Assembly: GCA_040285825.1 (NCBI GenBank)
Contig: JAUPSS010000001.1
Span: forward strand, 1,922,001-1,986,000
DNA length: 64,000 nt
Reading direction: 5' to 3'
DNA from: Eukaryota sp. TZLM1-RC
Taxonomy: Eukaryota > Protista > Metamonada: BaSk clade
Below the pieces are notes generated by a model, which had not been told where the DNA came from, did not search any database, and saw only the letters and a list, made by a program, of their open reading frames with translations. Position 1 is the first letter of the stretch, and every line of letters begins with the position of its first letter. Shown here piece by piece: positions 1-12,672 of the stretch. A program made the position numbers and the translations under genes.

Positions 1-960
1 TGCAGAACCAAAACGTCCTTATAAAACCAGTTTTCTTAGCAGATTTTCTTTAGACAAATCATTTTTTTGATTATTTGATTGATTTATAAAAAAATATTTT
101 TTAGAAAAAATTTCCAAATCGGGGTAACATCCCATAATCCTTTTCGCGAACTTTCAGTAATTGCACGAAGAACAACAGCAAAAGGTATTGAAGACAACGG
201 ATTCAGCTGAGCAGGAACTCGAATAGAGCAACGGAATTTATTATTGACGACACAAGAAGCACAAAACAATACGTTGCGATCAGAATCATCAATAGATAGA
301 TGTTTTTGACAAAAAACACATTTCTTATCATTTTTATTATCCACATTGTGGGAAAAATCATAAGTAATTTCGTTTTCAACTGGAGATTTGTTTTCAGAAT
401 CAGCTGGAGAGAAAAATTCAAATCTACACTGGTAGCACGAGCATCTTTTTCTCTCTTTAAATTTAATAAGAAAAGACCTAATGGATCACCTTGTTTAACA
501 CCAGATGATGATATCACATTGAAGTCTTCATATTAAGTCTTCAAGCAAGTGTTAACTGTGAGCCATAACAATTGTAAAAGAAAGACTCAGCTTCCGGAAA
601 ATGAGTTTCGAGCAAGGGCATGATTGATGACCTCTTCACTGCATTGAAGGCGTTTTTAAAATCTAAATTAAAAATATAATTCAAATTGCTTGAATTAAAG
701 AGAACATCACAAGACAGTGCCGCAAATGTTGCTTCATCAACTGTTTTAATTCCAAATTGAAAAGAACTAAAAAATCTTGCTTTTAAAAAAATCAGCTTTT
801 TTTACCAAACCTGTCACAGCTAAAGCCATAATACAAGATAATGATTCACCAACTGCAACTGGTTTTAATTTCGATTGATTTTGTTTTAATGCAATTAACC
901 TTGTCACTTTAGAGGGAACCTTCAATTCAGTTGAATTGTTTAACCATTTTCAGGTAAACA
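1..960 (-). mobile_element. Rearranged fragments of a CRE-like non-LTR retrotransposon (N-terminal zinc-finger region plus RT fragment)
   Basis: 84-344 (CVFCQK..LFCASC..IRVPAQLNPLSSIPFAVVLRAITE..RKGLWDVTPIWKFF) matches 53518-53841. 470-900 carries RT motifs GVKQGDPLG, LDFKNAFN and PVAVGES, with stops and frameshifts. Confidence 0.85.
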
Positions 961-1214
961 AATATAATAGATTATCTTCCTTGATATCATCTGCTTTAGT
1001 GTTTCTTGGTCGTTTTTATGAAGGAATAGCTTCCAGTCAATTCTTTTTGACTGACGTGGGATATGAAGATTTAGAATTTTAAGTTTGTTTAGTTTCTCGG
1101 TGGAGTAAATTGGAAATATTCAAAAAAATATATAATATTTTACATTAAAATATATAAGATAAAATACGTTTTAGTAATAAAACAACATTTTTTCCTTTTT
1201 TGTATTTTTCAACA

Positions 1215-2100
1215 ATCAACAGGAAACGCTGAGCTTGCAACACTTTTAAGTCATCGCCCATGGTATGTTTCTATCATTTTACTCCATTAGACAATTCATA
1301 GACGAAATTCCATAGCAGAAAGAATACGAGCAATCGAGAGCCTGAAATGCTAACTCTTTACAGATGGTTTTCAATTTAGACTTAGGAATGAGTAATCTTT
1401 TCGTCAATGAAATGCATCTATTAGAAACTATTCCTCTTGTTGAAACTTCAGAAGGAAATGATTCAACCAAAAAAAATTAAATTTGACAAAAACAATTCAA
1501 AACTCTGATATTTCGTACTTTTAGATGACGTCTACTGACAGAATATTGTTTCATCGGTGATGTAAACTCACAAATGAGGACTGTCCTCCCAACTTATTCA
1601 TACATTCAACTCACTGAGGCTTTTATACAAGCTGAAAAACAATTCAATTGGTACAAAAGTGTATGCTAAATGGTGAACCTTTTTAATAATAAAATTATCG
1701 AAACCATTCAATAGGAAACCTGCCTTAAGATACGAACATCCATTCAAAGCAATTATTAAAACCATTAAACCACACAAGTCTTCTTCATCTTCTAAAAATA
1801 AAAAGTTTAAATAATATACCAAAACTTTGTTCGATTTGTGCACTAAAAGTTCACAATGATCGCACCTAATGATCTCATTTCGAACCAATGTTTCCTTCCA
1901 CTTTTGATGTCCACAGTTATAATTATTAGCTGGGTCAACTGTCTTGACATCAATGAGTAAATAAGCAATTGACGTTCAACAAAGAAACAACATCCACAGT
2001 GTCATTTGTGATAATTTCCTGGGCATAATGATTTCAACAATGCGTCAAGTTCGGAATTGATCACAACAATAATCACAGTGATATTAAGAGTCCATACTAA
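1215..2100 (-). mobile_element. Degenerate 3' fragment of a REL-type non-LTR retrotransposon (family E)
   Basis: LIDVKTVDP, TKYQ and FPSEVSTRGIV motifs. The C-terminus and 3' UTR match 31935-32285; a further 3' UTR remnant lies at ~10375-10410. Confidence 0.6.
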
Positions 2101-3179
2101 TTATTCAGTTTTATAACACTATATTAATTTAAGTCATTATACATTTTGAATTGATTTACTTAAACAACTAAAATGAAATCAAATAAAAAAGCCGTTTCAG
2201 TCGGAGCTTTTCTGACAGGTCAAATTTTATACAAGGGTTTAAGGATATTTAAACTCATTTTTGCACATTCTTTTCCAACATTGAACCAATTAATTACTAA
2301 AGATTCCAAAAATTGGCCAAAAATAAATAGTGAAAACAGACATTACTTTCACCATTCCCTCAAAAATTTACAACACCTTTTTATTTTGCCAATCAACACT
2401 ATACAAAATTCTTCCGGTCCTTGTTTCCAAAAAAACATTGAAATCTCCAAGGAATGCCAAAGCAGCCTTTCAAAAAGATCCGAGCAAGGAAACGACAAAG
2501 GGACATAGTATTATCGTGTTGTTGAATTCTTGTTATCTTATCAATCAGTTTCAAGAAAGCTCTTTTGATTAGCTTTACTGTTGACAATGGTAGTTCATTG
2601 TATGATATCTAAAATCACAACAAAAACCCGAAACAAATCCAAGAAGAACACCACACAGAAAATTACAGCACCCCTTGCAGACTTCGAATTATCGACTTCA
2701 ATTCAGGCAATTGAAGTCGGTTAATTGATAATAGCAGAATGGGTACAAAATTTTGAGATTTATATGAAAAATTTGTTTCTGTACTTAACAACACTTTAAA
2801 ACTCAACCAACTACTTTGATTAATACTTTTACCTACTGAAAACCCATCAATTAAATGACGGGAGATGTTCGTTATTCAGTTGAACATCACCTCGTTTGTT
2901 ATAACACTCCGTAATGTTATTCAATATGGACTTAATATAACGAGGAAAAGCTTTCAATAACGAAAATACGCTTCTTCTTTCCAAATCAAACAATGGAATG
3001 TACGGCCACTTTCAGAAGTTTTTTCTAAATCATCTAGGCTTGTATACAGAGTAATCGTGCAAGAACGCTGCAATACTCTCGGTATCAGCTTCGGTCAACT
3101 CAGGAATACAGTTGTTGAATTGATGGTGTTTCATCAGTCTACGACGAGATACAAGGAGTAGATACAGTAACGTTACTGT

Positions 3180-3710
3180 AGGTTAAGTGAAAATAGTATC
3201 TGCGAACCTATTTCAAACATTTAACAGGAAGTTTAAAAGACCTTCAATTCCAATGGTACCAAAAATTGAAATAGCAATTGGCACATACTTCATGTTGCTG
3301 CCTCTTGCTCCATTGAGACGTTGCAGAAGAGCTTCATATTTTGATTGTTTCAAAGCTCAGCAACTTGGAGCAAATGTTGAATGTCGCAAATGCAACTTTA
3401 TTTACACGGAGATACGGAAGTATAATCGATAATTATTTAGATTTCATCATACCATTGGACATTGAATGTCACCTCGTTTTTGGCTCAAGCTAAAATTTAA
3501 TTCATCAAACAGAGGTCCTAAACGAAGTGGTTGATTAGCACATTTTAACAGTTCATAAATACAATCCGAACTGGCATTGTAAAATAATTGATTTTTTTTG
3601 ATTGTATTTTCAGCAGGAAACATGTGATCAAAAGACGCATGAGCGTCACAATACACGTAGTCCGTAGACAGGAAAAATTGTTTTTCTATTCATAAAACGT
3701 ACTAAGAATT
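3180..3710 (-). mobile_element. Degenerate REL-endonuclease retrotransposon fragment (family F)
   Basis: Across frameshifts: ASFDH, RGDI, IIDYTSVSP, KQSKYE, YVPIAISIFGTIG. A paralogous fragment lies at ~34200-34780. Confidence 0.6.
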
Positions 3711-3893
3711 TCATTATCATCACGACCGACCAGCGAGTGACGCTCCGGGTGCAGACACCTCACCTCTCCTGGTTCGCACTGTTTATTGTAGGCTTGGTCA
3801 ATTTGCGAAAAATGGAGATGATCTTCATTCATGGTTCACGCTGATGCTACGAACCACTACGAACCATAGTGTTTCCTCATTACTCTTTTCCAT

Positions 3894-4709
3894 ATGCAAG
3901 GCGACATTAGACGCTTCACTGACACTCTACCCAACGTGACTAACGCATACTACACATTGGTCAACTCACATTATCATGATGGCTTACATCTGCTCTGCCT
4001 GCTCCTCGTTGATGATCCATACGAGTGGCACGTCTCCAACTCTACTCTCAATCCCTCCCACTATACTTCTGTCTCCACCACTCCATCCTTTAAGACAAGC
4101 CTTCTCAACCGTTTAGGCTTCAGTCAATCTGACGTCCTACAGTCATGCTTCCTTGGCCCAGTGCGTATGAACTCTCATGACCCTTTTAGAAAGCTGATCC
4201 TCCACTATACTGTTCACTCTGATTCTCTCTCAGATGACGACATTTGGACGACATCGCCTCTCTCCCCTGTGCTTCTCTTCGCTACTTGTCCCAACTTGAG
4301 AGTCTTGTATCCCAAGCCTTTGTTAAATCTTGTTCATATTAGGTCAACTTATTTAGCAGTATGTATTCTTTCATTACCACAACAGTTTTCCCTGCAGCAG
4401 TTATTTTATGCTCTGACATTGGTGCCATTGGAGCAATATTCTGATTTGTCAATACAAGAGCTTTATTTACCATTTATTAGAAATTTAATTAAATTGAGAT
4501 TGATTTCTCAACTAACGGTGGATTTGCTCGAAAGGTCATTGGATATGGATATTTATGAGGATTTTTTAGCATTTATGCCTGCAAAGCTACAAAAAATTGT
4601 TGTGAAAAAAACGAACAATAATTTGTCTAGTTCGTTTCTTTTGCATTTAGACCATAAGGCAAAATTGTTCAAAAGAAAACTATTGTGTAATAATAAAATT
4701 GTAATTTAG
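3894..4709 (+). CDS. TAM41: Divergent Tam41/Mmp37-like protein (CDP-diacylglycerol synthase family)
   Basis: VDDPYEWHVSNSTLNPSHY resembles the Tam41 motif VDDPxxWHxxNLxxNxSHY. LSLPQQFSLQQLF and QELYLPFI resemble Tam41 C-terminal blocks. The YGSG motif and catalytic Asp are not recognisable. Confidence 0.6.
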   Translation: MQGDIRRFTDTLPNVTNAYYTLVNSHYHDGLHLLCLLLVDDPYEWHVSNSTLNPSHYTSVSTTPSFKTSLLNRLGFSQSDVLQSCFLGPVRMNSHDPFRKLILHYTVHSDSLSDDDIWTTSPLSPVLLFATCPNLRVLYPKPLLNLVHIRSTYLAVCILSLPQQFSLQQLFYALTLVPLEQYSDLSIQELYLPFIRNLIKLRLISQLTVDLLERSLDMDIYEDFLAFMPAKLQKIVVKKTNNNLSSSFLLHLDHKAKLFKRKLLCNNKIVI

Positions 4710-5148
4710 TTTTTTTTTAATTCTAGATGTCATCATCACTATCTATCCTGTATGAGATTGGTAGGTACCTTGTTTTTGATACTCAATTTTAATCAATGGT
4801 CTTGTAAAAATTGGACCATTTTGCCATTATATTCTACTTTAGTCCAAAATTTAAAATTTTTTATTCATTTTTAAATTTTTGCGAAGAACCGTGTTCTTTT
4901 GAATGTTGATTCATGGTTTGTTTTCTTAAAAAAATAGAAGATTTATTCACGGCAACAGATTCCTCAATCAAGTTCATATGGAACTAAATCAAATCAAAAG
5001 TTCCTGCCCAGCAAAACCTGCACTGTTTGAGACCTGAGAATATTGAAAACACATTTGATGACAATGCCACAAAAAAGAGATATATGCATCAAGTGAGAGA
5101 GATAGAGCAATTTGTATATGATGAAATGTAATGTTCAAAACCAACAAC

Positions 5149-5709
5149 CTAGAACGGACCACAAACACAGCTTGGAACGAGTTGACCATCACGTTCCTGA
5201 CAATGACATGAAGGCTTTCCATGGGGACAGTTTTCTTTGGAACACGAGCCTTGACCACAAGACACACTGCATTGGACAGTGTTGGCAGCCCCACATTGTG
5301 GAACAAGGAATGTTTGAGTTTGAGTTTCGATTGAACCTCCCCTACAGTGTGCATTCTCTCCAATGACTTCACATGAATTACCAAACACATCAATAGAACA
5401 ATGTGGTGCACGCTTAGCAGTACAGTAAGCAAAAAGCCATGTATGAGTAAATCGTGTTAAGTGATCAAGACCACAAAAGGCATTTTGCCCCTCTATTGAA
5501 CAACTTGACCTACCAACTCTTTGACTACACGACGTGGCGTAACGAGCAAAACACCGGGCATACAGTTTGGTTATGGTACCAAACTTTTTGCTATCGCATG
5601 CGCATCTTTCATCTTTGCCACCAGCGGTTTCACAATCAGAGTCATGGCAAGAATGGGTACAAGAAGCAAGGCATAAAACAGGGAGGACCATCAACAAGAG
5701 GGCTTTCAT
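5149..5709 (-). CDS. Secreted cysteine-rich protein
   Basis: Signal-peptide-like MKALLLMVLPVLCLAS (ATG at 5709) followed by a ~170-aa region with more than 20 Cys. Confidence 0.7.
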   Translation of the reverse strand: MKALLLMVLPVLCLASCTHSCHDSDCETAGGKDERCACDSKKFGTITKLYARCFARYATSCSQRVGRSSCSIEGQNAFCGLDHLTRFTHTWLFAYCTAKRAPHCSIDVFGNSCEVIGENAHCRGGSIETQTQTFLVPQCGAANTVQCSVSCGQGSCSKENCPHGKPSCHCQERDGQLVPSCVCGPF

Positions 5710-5994
5710 TTGTCGTTCGTTTAACGAATGATTACAAAAATGATCAATCATCAATCATCAATTTATTTCTAATTCTAATTGAAAAATTTGTAAATCGATA
5801 TATTCAGAATTGCTGTGAAATCAAATAATAAACAACATTAATTAAATTCTATGTTCTCAATTCTGATGTTAGAAGTATAATTGACATTGGTAAAGGAGGG
5901 AAGAGTGACATTCATCTTAGACATGATGCTGACATAAGCACAGTATTAATATCACCGCACAAAGGTGGTTTAGTTTTACGTCATCTGTTACAAG

Positions 5995-6608
5995 CATACT
6001 TGCAAAATACACGGGTCAAAAAATAATACAAATACAAATACAGAAATACAAATACAAAATACAAATACAGAAATACAAAATACAGATGTTTATCCAGTTG
6101 GTGTTTTAGTCAGAATTTCGAATGTATAAGGTTACTCTCTACGTTTTTTTAATACACTGTTATTGTTTTTTGCTATTCTTCTCGGTTTTCCTGCTGATGG
6201 GCCCACACAAGCGTGCATAAGTGAACTATCGACTTCTTCGTCGATTTCATCAATTAAGCTTTGTGTGTCTTCGGGAGCGACACTTGTGATCTCGACTGGT
6301 TCAGGATCAAACTCAATGTCATCGTCATCACAAAACATAACCATAGTTTCCAGCTCAGCAACAATATCACTTTCAGGAAGATGAATATCACAGGTCTTAA
6401 AACCGGGAGGAGGTTCAAGTTTGAAAGACTCCCGGTGGCGGGGGGTGGAGGAAGATGTCATAATCAGAATGCAAAACACGGTACACCTAATTTTATAATG
6501 TGCAAAAAAATACCAAAAAATACAAATACATCGAAAAAAAATACAAATACAAATACAAAGAAAATACAGAATACAAATAAATACCGAAAATGGTATTTTG
6601 CAAGTATG
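5995..6608. mobile_element. Non-autonomous hAT-type DNA transposon (MITE), 614 bp
   Basis: Perfect 16-bp TIRs CATACTTGCAAAATAC (5995-6010, 6593-6608), perfect 8-bp TSD GTTACAAG (5987-5994, 6609-6616) and subterminal AAATAC arrays. Confidence 0.92.
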
Positions 6609-7991
6609 GTTACAAGTATGTAAATCACAGGTTACTAATTTCAAAGACAATGAAGATTTCTTAATTTACCACTTATTCATAGATCTCAGTTACAGTACAG
6701 TCAAAATGAAATAAAAATGTTGACAGAACAGTCAGCAATTCACAAACAATTCAGATAAGAAAGATAGTCGTTAATCAATGTTGAAACAACTATTGAAATG
6801 TCAGATACAACAATACAATTCCCAATTGCTTACATTTAGCAAACATAGGGTCATAATATGGTTTTGCTCAAACACATAATCATAATTTTATGGTGTAATA
6901 GCTGCTTTACTAAATGCCCTTGATTGATGATAATAACATTAATGGTGTCGTTTTTTAGACAAATCTTTGAAGTTGATGGATTTATTGTTCCAAGAAATTT
7001 AACAAGATCTTTCCAGTCAAGAATACTGTTAAATAATGAATTTATCTGATTTTGTTTAATAAAAACATCATTGATTTTTGATAATCAATCAAAAAAATTC
7101 ATAGAAACAAGAACTCAATATCCATCATACACACGTCGTCATTATCAAATCTTTTAAAGATGTGTTCTAAAGATGTGATATTCGAATTGGTAATTATTAC
7201 AGCAGTGTTTTGGTTATCATTTCAGAAATTGCTGCAAGTATCCTAAAAGAAATTTTATTGGGTCTGAAACCATAATTCCAATATTCTGCTTTTTTATTCA
7301 ACATATGAAGCCTGCGAGTAATTTCATACCAGATATTTTGATGTATTTTTAAAAATGTACAGATTCTTCCTCAACAGTTGTCAACACAATGTTGTTAGCC
7401 CTATATACTGATTTATTAAGTTTATGTTATTATAGGATTTTTATACTAATGGCTTCTTGTATATTTGCGCCCTAGCGCTTAACCTGAAGGAACTATATCT
7501 GCATTCGTAACGTATCCCTTTACACTCTATATAGTTATGTTTAACCCCTGCAGATCATCAATCTTTCCCAATTATGTGCCAAATGTATGCAAATGATAGA
7601 TCGCTGGCCATAATGTATTTGTCCGAAAAATCCACTCTTGAAATGGATGATATTATTTTTCTGACTCCGGTTCGGCGTCAGAAATTCATTAGAATTCAAA
7701 ACTTTCTAGAACCAAAAACTTGAGGCTTTTTTCTCCAAACAAACATTGTTTTATTGAAAAAAATCGAAAAGGAAGAAGTTCAAAGTGCTTGTTTTTGAAA
7801 CTTGATAATATGGGAATAACACCTTTGAAAATTGAAAATACAATTCTGTACTGTTCAAAGTGCTCGAACATTTTTACAAGAACGGAATTTAATCATTTTG
7901 GGAATAAATTATTGAAATATGGGTTGGAATTCTTCAAATCGTCAACAATCAAAAAAACAACGTCCCCCACATCCCATCATTGACAACTTTA

Positions 7992-8861
7992 ATGCATAAT
8001 ACACCAGTAGCATATGAAGAAGACTTTAAACCACGTTGTAATGCTACTTGGTTCGTGTCTCTGGTTTTCCTTCTCATTGGTGTACCTATGTTCTTAGTTG
8101 GACTCTCACTGATCGAGGGTGATCCAACAGTTGGTATTGTTTACGGAAGTACTTTCTCATTGGTATATTTACGTCCTAAACAAGTTTCTTTCGAAAATAT
8201 CCCGAATTTCCATGCATATCTATGTCCTCAAAACCCAGAACCCACACAATTCACAACAGTAACGTTCCCCACTGGCTCCCAAGTACCTCTCCCAGATGAC
8301 AACGCCTTCAGAATCTACCTAAACAAAGGTTCTCGAATAACATTGGATTTTGCAGAGCGAGATTTTGAATTTGACATCATTCAGGGAACGGCAAACTATA
8401 TCAATAGCCAAGGTCTTATTAAACCTGAACCGCTGTTTCATTGTTCAAGACATGAAGTATGTAGTATCGATTTGGAAGTAGATCGTGAAGATTACTACTA
8501 TTTTGTATTCACACTGCCTTCTTCCAATTTTGTAATTTTCAATGATTTCTCCATTGATATGGCCTATCATAATCTAGATGACTGTTCAATGGTATGCTTA
8601 GATGAACCGCTTTGTGTTGTAGAGACGTCAACTCACTTGGAGTGCATAGTATTCAAGTCCTTTAAGACTTTAACTGACATCAACGACAACGAGGAAGTTC
8701 TTTCTATAAGGCTTAATGGTGGGCAAGGTCTTTCTCTGTGGTTCTGGGTGGGGTTAGTTTTTCTTGTTTTAACAATTGTGCTTGTGGTGTACACTATTAG
8801 GGATTATAGGTTCCAACAGAAGATTTATAAGGAAATGAAGATGAGGAGAGTAGTTAAGTAG
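7992..8861 (+). CDS. Two-TM membrane protein resembling the APD1-4 E3-ligase luminal domain (no RING)
   Basis: N- and C-terminal TM helices. YLNKGSRI and DYYYFVF blocks and a Cys-rich segment resemble APD/DUF4792-4793 proteins. Confidence 0.6.
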   Translation: MHNTPVAYEEDFKPRCNATWFVSLVFLLIGVPMFLVGLSLIEGDPTVGIVYGSTFSLVYLRPKQVSFENIPNFHAYLCPQNPEPTQFTTVTFPTGSQVPLPDDNAFRIYLNKGSRITLDFAERDFEFDIIQGTANYINSQGLIKPEPLFHCSRHEVCSIDLEVDREDYYYFVFTLPSSNFVIFNDFSIDMAYHNLDDCSMVCLDEPLCVVETSTHLECIVFKSFKTLTDINDNEEVLSIRLNGGQGLSLWFWVGLVFLVLTIVLVVYTIRDYRFQQKIYKEMKMRRVVK

Positions 8862-9487
8862 ATTTTAAATAAGATTTTAGTTTAGCGGTTCATATTGAAT
8901 TTATTCTTTATTTCTTTGTAAATTTTGATTGTTTTAAATAATGTTTTTTTATTAAACAAATTATAAATCAACATCTCAATAATCCATCTCTTCCAAAACA
9001 AAACAACTGGATACAACTTCTCATGATGAGATCAAAGGGATAGAGCACTGTTCAAGGATATCTGTATTCAGTATGTTTTCTTATTTCATTTTTGTCCGTC
9101 TGAATAGGCAATTTCTTTTCCCTGGACCAGATGGTGCACGTTTTGACATTGTTATCCATCAGACAAGATCAATATGTTAATGTTCAACAATTGATTTGAT
9201 TTAATATCGTGCCAAATTCAATGGATAACATAACAAATACAGTGATTCCAAGTAAACAGTGTCGTTTTGAATTAAGAAAAAGAAATACTTCATAAGAATG
9301 GTTACATTCATGGGCTATAACAACACGCAACAGATTCAAAAACGTGTTCAAGTTTCTTTTCGGAACATTGTTGATGTTACAAAACAACAACCTTTATCAT
9401 TTTCTTTCTAGGAATCAAGGCAATTAAAAACAAAATTCTATCAAAAATATAATTTAATAATTACTCAAAAAAAAACATCTACATCAA

Positions 9488-10168
9488 TCAAAACCTCTCA
9501 ACTGATTCCTGGTCCTGAGCGGGGAATCTCACCCTAAAACCAAATACTTTTGGAACATACACTGGTAGTTCATATGTGGGTCTAAAATGTGGATATTGAA
9601 GATAAAACAAATGGGGAAATGTTGTAGTAAAAAAGGCTCCATCAATCATTTTGTACCTGCTCTGTTTAGGACGATATATGTCCTGGCATGATGCACAATA
9701 GAGTTTCACTGCATCCTTACCTACAGCATCACATGTTCCTACGGGTAGGAGAGCATGGTTGTTACAGGAATAGCACAAGCAGTAACCAAAATCACCAGCC
9801 TCGAACTTGGACTTCATTGCTGCTAATCCGGCATTTGTGAGTATATAACGGGCATGTATCAGTCCATATAACAATCTTGCTGCTTCGTCGATTTCAGCAG
9901 CAGAATCATCATCAAAACCATCTATGGATTGTGAAGCACAATCCAAAATACAATCAATTGCGTGAACATAATGGGGCACACAAGATGATAAACCTGTAAG
10001 ATTGAATGGATCTTCTATGTAATTAGGGTCCACTTCACAAAAGAACTCATTGCCTCTTTGGCGGCAAAACCATTGGATCCAAGACTCATCCGATCCTGAA
10101 TCAGATTCATCAGACCACCAGCGATGAGTCGGTGATTCACCGCGGATGAAGCGACGGGGTGCAGACAT
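9488..10168 (-). CDS. CSNK2B: Casein kinase II regulatory (beta) subunit
   Basis: SWIQWFC..GNEFFCEVD..YIEDPFNLTGL, LYGLIHARYILT, zinc-binding Cys pairs, IDGAFFTTTFPHLF and YVPKVFGF. Confidence 0.97.
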   Translation of the reverse strand: MSAPRRFIRGESPTHRWWSDESDSGSDESWIQWFCRQRGNEFFCEVDPNYIEDPFNLTGLSSCVPHYVHAIDCILDCASQSIDGFDDDSAAEIDEAARLLYGLIHARYILTNAGLAAMKSKFEAGDFGYCLCYSCNNHALLPVGTCDAVGKDAVKLYCASCQDIYRPKQSRYKMIDGAFFTTTFPHLFYLQYPHFRPTYELPVYVPKVFGFRVRFPAQDQESVERF

Positions 10169-10719
10169 ATTGTGTGTGTTAAGGAGTTGATGTGTGGTGG
10201 GCTTAAAAACTTTGTGAAGGATCAATTTTGGTCAATTTTGGGGTTTGAAACATAATTGTTCTCCCTGTTGCTGATTACGTTTGAAGATTTCTTTTACTGA
10301 TGGATGAGCGTAATAATAGTTACATGCAGTCTATTTAGTAAAAAAATATATTTATCAATAAGAATTAGACAACAATGTTTCCTATCCACCATCAATGTGA
10401 AATACTGAACTCAGATGACTGCAAGTTACCAGTTATTGAGTTGATATCAATCTGCTTCATCAGATTACCATTAATGAGTGTCTCTTGCAGAAAAAACTCC
10501 ATACGAGCATCCAAAGGTTTGAGGAATCATTGACTCGGTGAATTTAATATTATAATGTCATTAAAGAAGTATTGCTCTGAAAACAGAGGTGCCATTTAAT
10601 GTGATAGGATTGACAACTCTGAAGCTATTGTTGGTATGGTCGGGTCTAATATTGCAAATGACACGTTGGTTCTAATATGGAAATTTAATGGAAAAGCTCC
10701 TGAATTTAAGGTTAACGAA

Positions 10720-11010
10720 GATCACAGAAAATATGGCCAAGATATCGAAGAAGCTAATTTCGATAGCAACAGACCACTTGTTTTTATTGCTTTCCCATTA
10801 TTTATAAACTGAAGACTACCAGTAGAAGCAGGGAATTTCCAAAAATTGGTTCAAGGAAAAATTAGGAAATTTAATGTTTTTTCGTGGTGGTTATGAATTC
10901 AACTTGCTATATTTAATAGACTATTTCGCTTCTTGAATTCAATAAAAGAAGCAAGAAAAAACGCAGATCAGGATTTTGCAGAGGAAATGTTGTTTCATTG
11001 ATTTTCATAC
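10720..11010 (+). mobile_element. 3' fragment of REL retrotransposon family D
   Basis: DNA similar to 46830-47155 and 19535-19807 (KYxxDIEEAN..FIAFP..DQDF). Confidence 0.8.
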
Positions 11011-11696
11011 CAATGGTTCTGATTGTATTGTATTCAGTATTTTAAAATTAATTGAAAATAAAGTATTCAGTATATTCTTGGGGACCGTGATTATTAAGGC
11101 CGTGTGTAATGTCACACTATATATTTCAAAACACAATATTTGGAAGGACCTTTTTTGTTCAAAGTGTCCCATCCCTGCTACATATTCAGACCACTGGTCG
11201 GATTTTCTATTTACGCCATACTGTTTTTTGAACAAATTATACCAACTATTGTCGCAAAAATAATTCGATTAATTTTATTATAAATTCATCATTTTCGTGA
11301 ATTTCATCTTTTCTTCACATATCGGTTAATTAAAAAAATATTTTTTATTTTATTTTTATTTATCATATATATTTTTTATTTAATACGTGTCTAAAATTTT
11401 TTTTAATTAATATAGTTTTTAAAATAAATAATAAATACAAACTATCATGGCAAAAATTGAGCGTTGGTTACAATATCTCTGAATTCTGGATTTAAACAGA
11501 AAGCAGCTCTGTGAGAAACACTGATAATTTGATCGATTCTGAGCTTGAACCTCTGTGTCAATCTGTTCTTTTCTTTAATTGATATAATTGACAATTTTAG
11601 ACTGACAATTCGGTGAAATGCAATTTCAGAATGCCGATATAACTTTCCCTTGGTGTCAAACTGTCCAGCATTTGTCCAACATTTCTGAATTACATT

Positions 11697-12040
11697 TATT
11701 CATTATAATTGTTGATTGCGTACTTGTGAATTTTGCAATTGCAGTCACTTGTTAACATAAACCACTCCTGTTGATTTAATTTTATTATTAATTGTACTAT
11801 ACATACATGATGCTGAAGTGGTATTGAAGGGTATACCACTTCAATGGAAATAATTTTTTCTCTAAACTATTCATTATTATTGTTCATTGTGTACTAATGA
11901 AACTTTCTCCTGTAGTCACTCCTTATTATAAACCACTGTTGCTGATTTAATTGTATTTTTGATAAGACTATATACTCAATATCATGAAGTGGTACTGACA
12001 GGTATACCACTTCAACTGAAATTCATTTCTCTTTCTCATA
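11697..12040. repeat. Two diverged ~171-bp tandem units, each with a TGAAGTGGTA..TACCACTTCA palindrome
   Basis: Units align from 11701 and 11872. Palindromes at 11814-11843 and 11985-12014. Confidence 0.8.
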
Positions 12041-12049
12041 AATCAATCA

Positions 12050-12200
12050 ATTAAATGAATGAATGATAAATAGAATGATAAAATGATAGATAAAATGATA
12101 GAAAGAAAGATTGAATGAATGATAGATTGCTTGATAGATTGAATGATGGACAGACACACACACAGACAGACAGACAGACATTGCGGCATACAGACAGACT
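12050..12200. repeat. Compound GAAT/GATA/GACA microsatellite-like tract
   Basis: Visible tetranucleotide periodicity. Confidence 0.75.
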
Positions 12201-12672
12201 GTGGAGTATAGATAATGCTTGAGGTTTATAAAGGTTTTTTTAAAGAAAAGCAACAACATTAAACTATGATAGTACAATGTAAATGAGTGGCCACAGAAGT
12301 TGCAAAACAAAAAAGGGTCCTCCCAAGGTAAATCTATAGTATACAGAGTCATCTGTTTAGAACATAAAGTGCATATAGCCGTTACATTTGAAATCTGAGG
12401 TTCATAATAATAAGAAGTCTAATATACTTCTACAGGGGCCACAATATCCAAGAGTTTCATCATTTTCATCTGTGGAAAGCGCTATCTTGGAAGGAGCAGG
12501 AGTAGGAGATCTGTTGCGTCGGTGTGGCCTTGGGGAAGGAAAGTCCGATGGGGACTTATCAGAAGAAGTGTTCATGGTTGGAGGAAGGGCAGAGATAGAC
12601 GATTAGGGATGCTGTTGGCATACTTCCTCCTCACTGCTTTCACATTTTCTCCATACCTATTATACTTGTAAC

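Noticed and set aside
3722-3795. 5S rRNA or tRNA (CCTGGTTCG, TGTAGGC)
   Set aside because: Too short for 5S, with no paired T-arm or acceptor stem.
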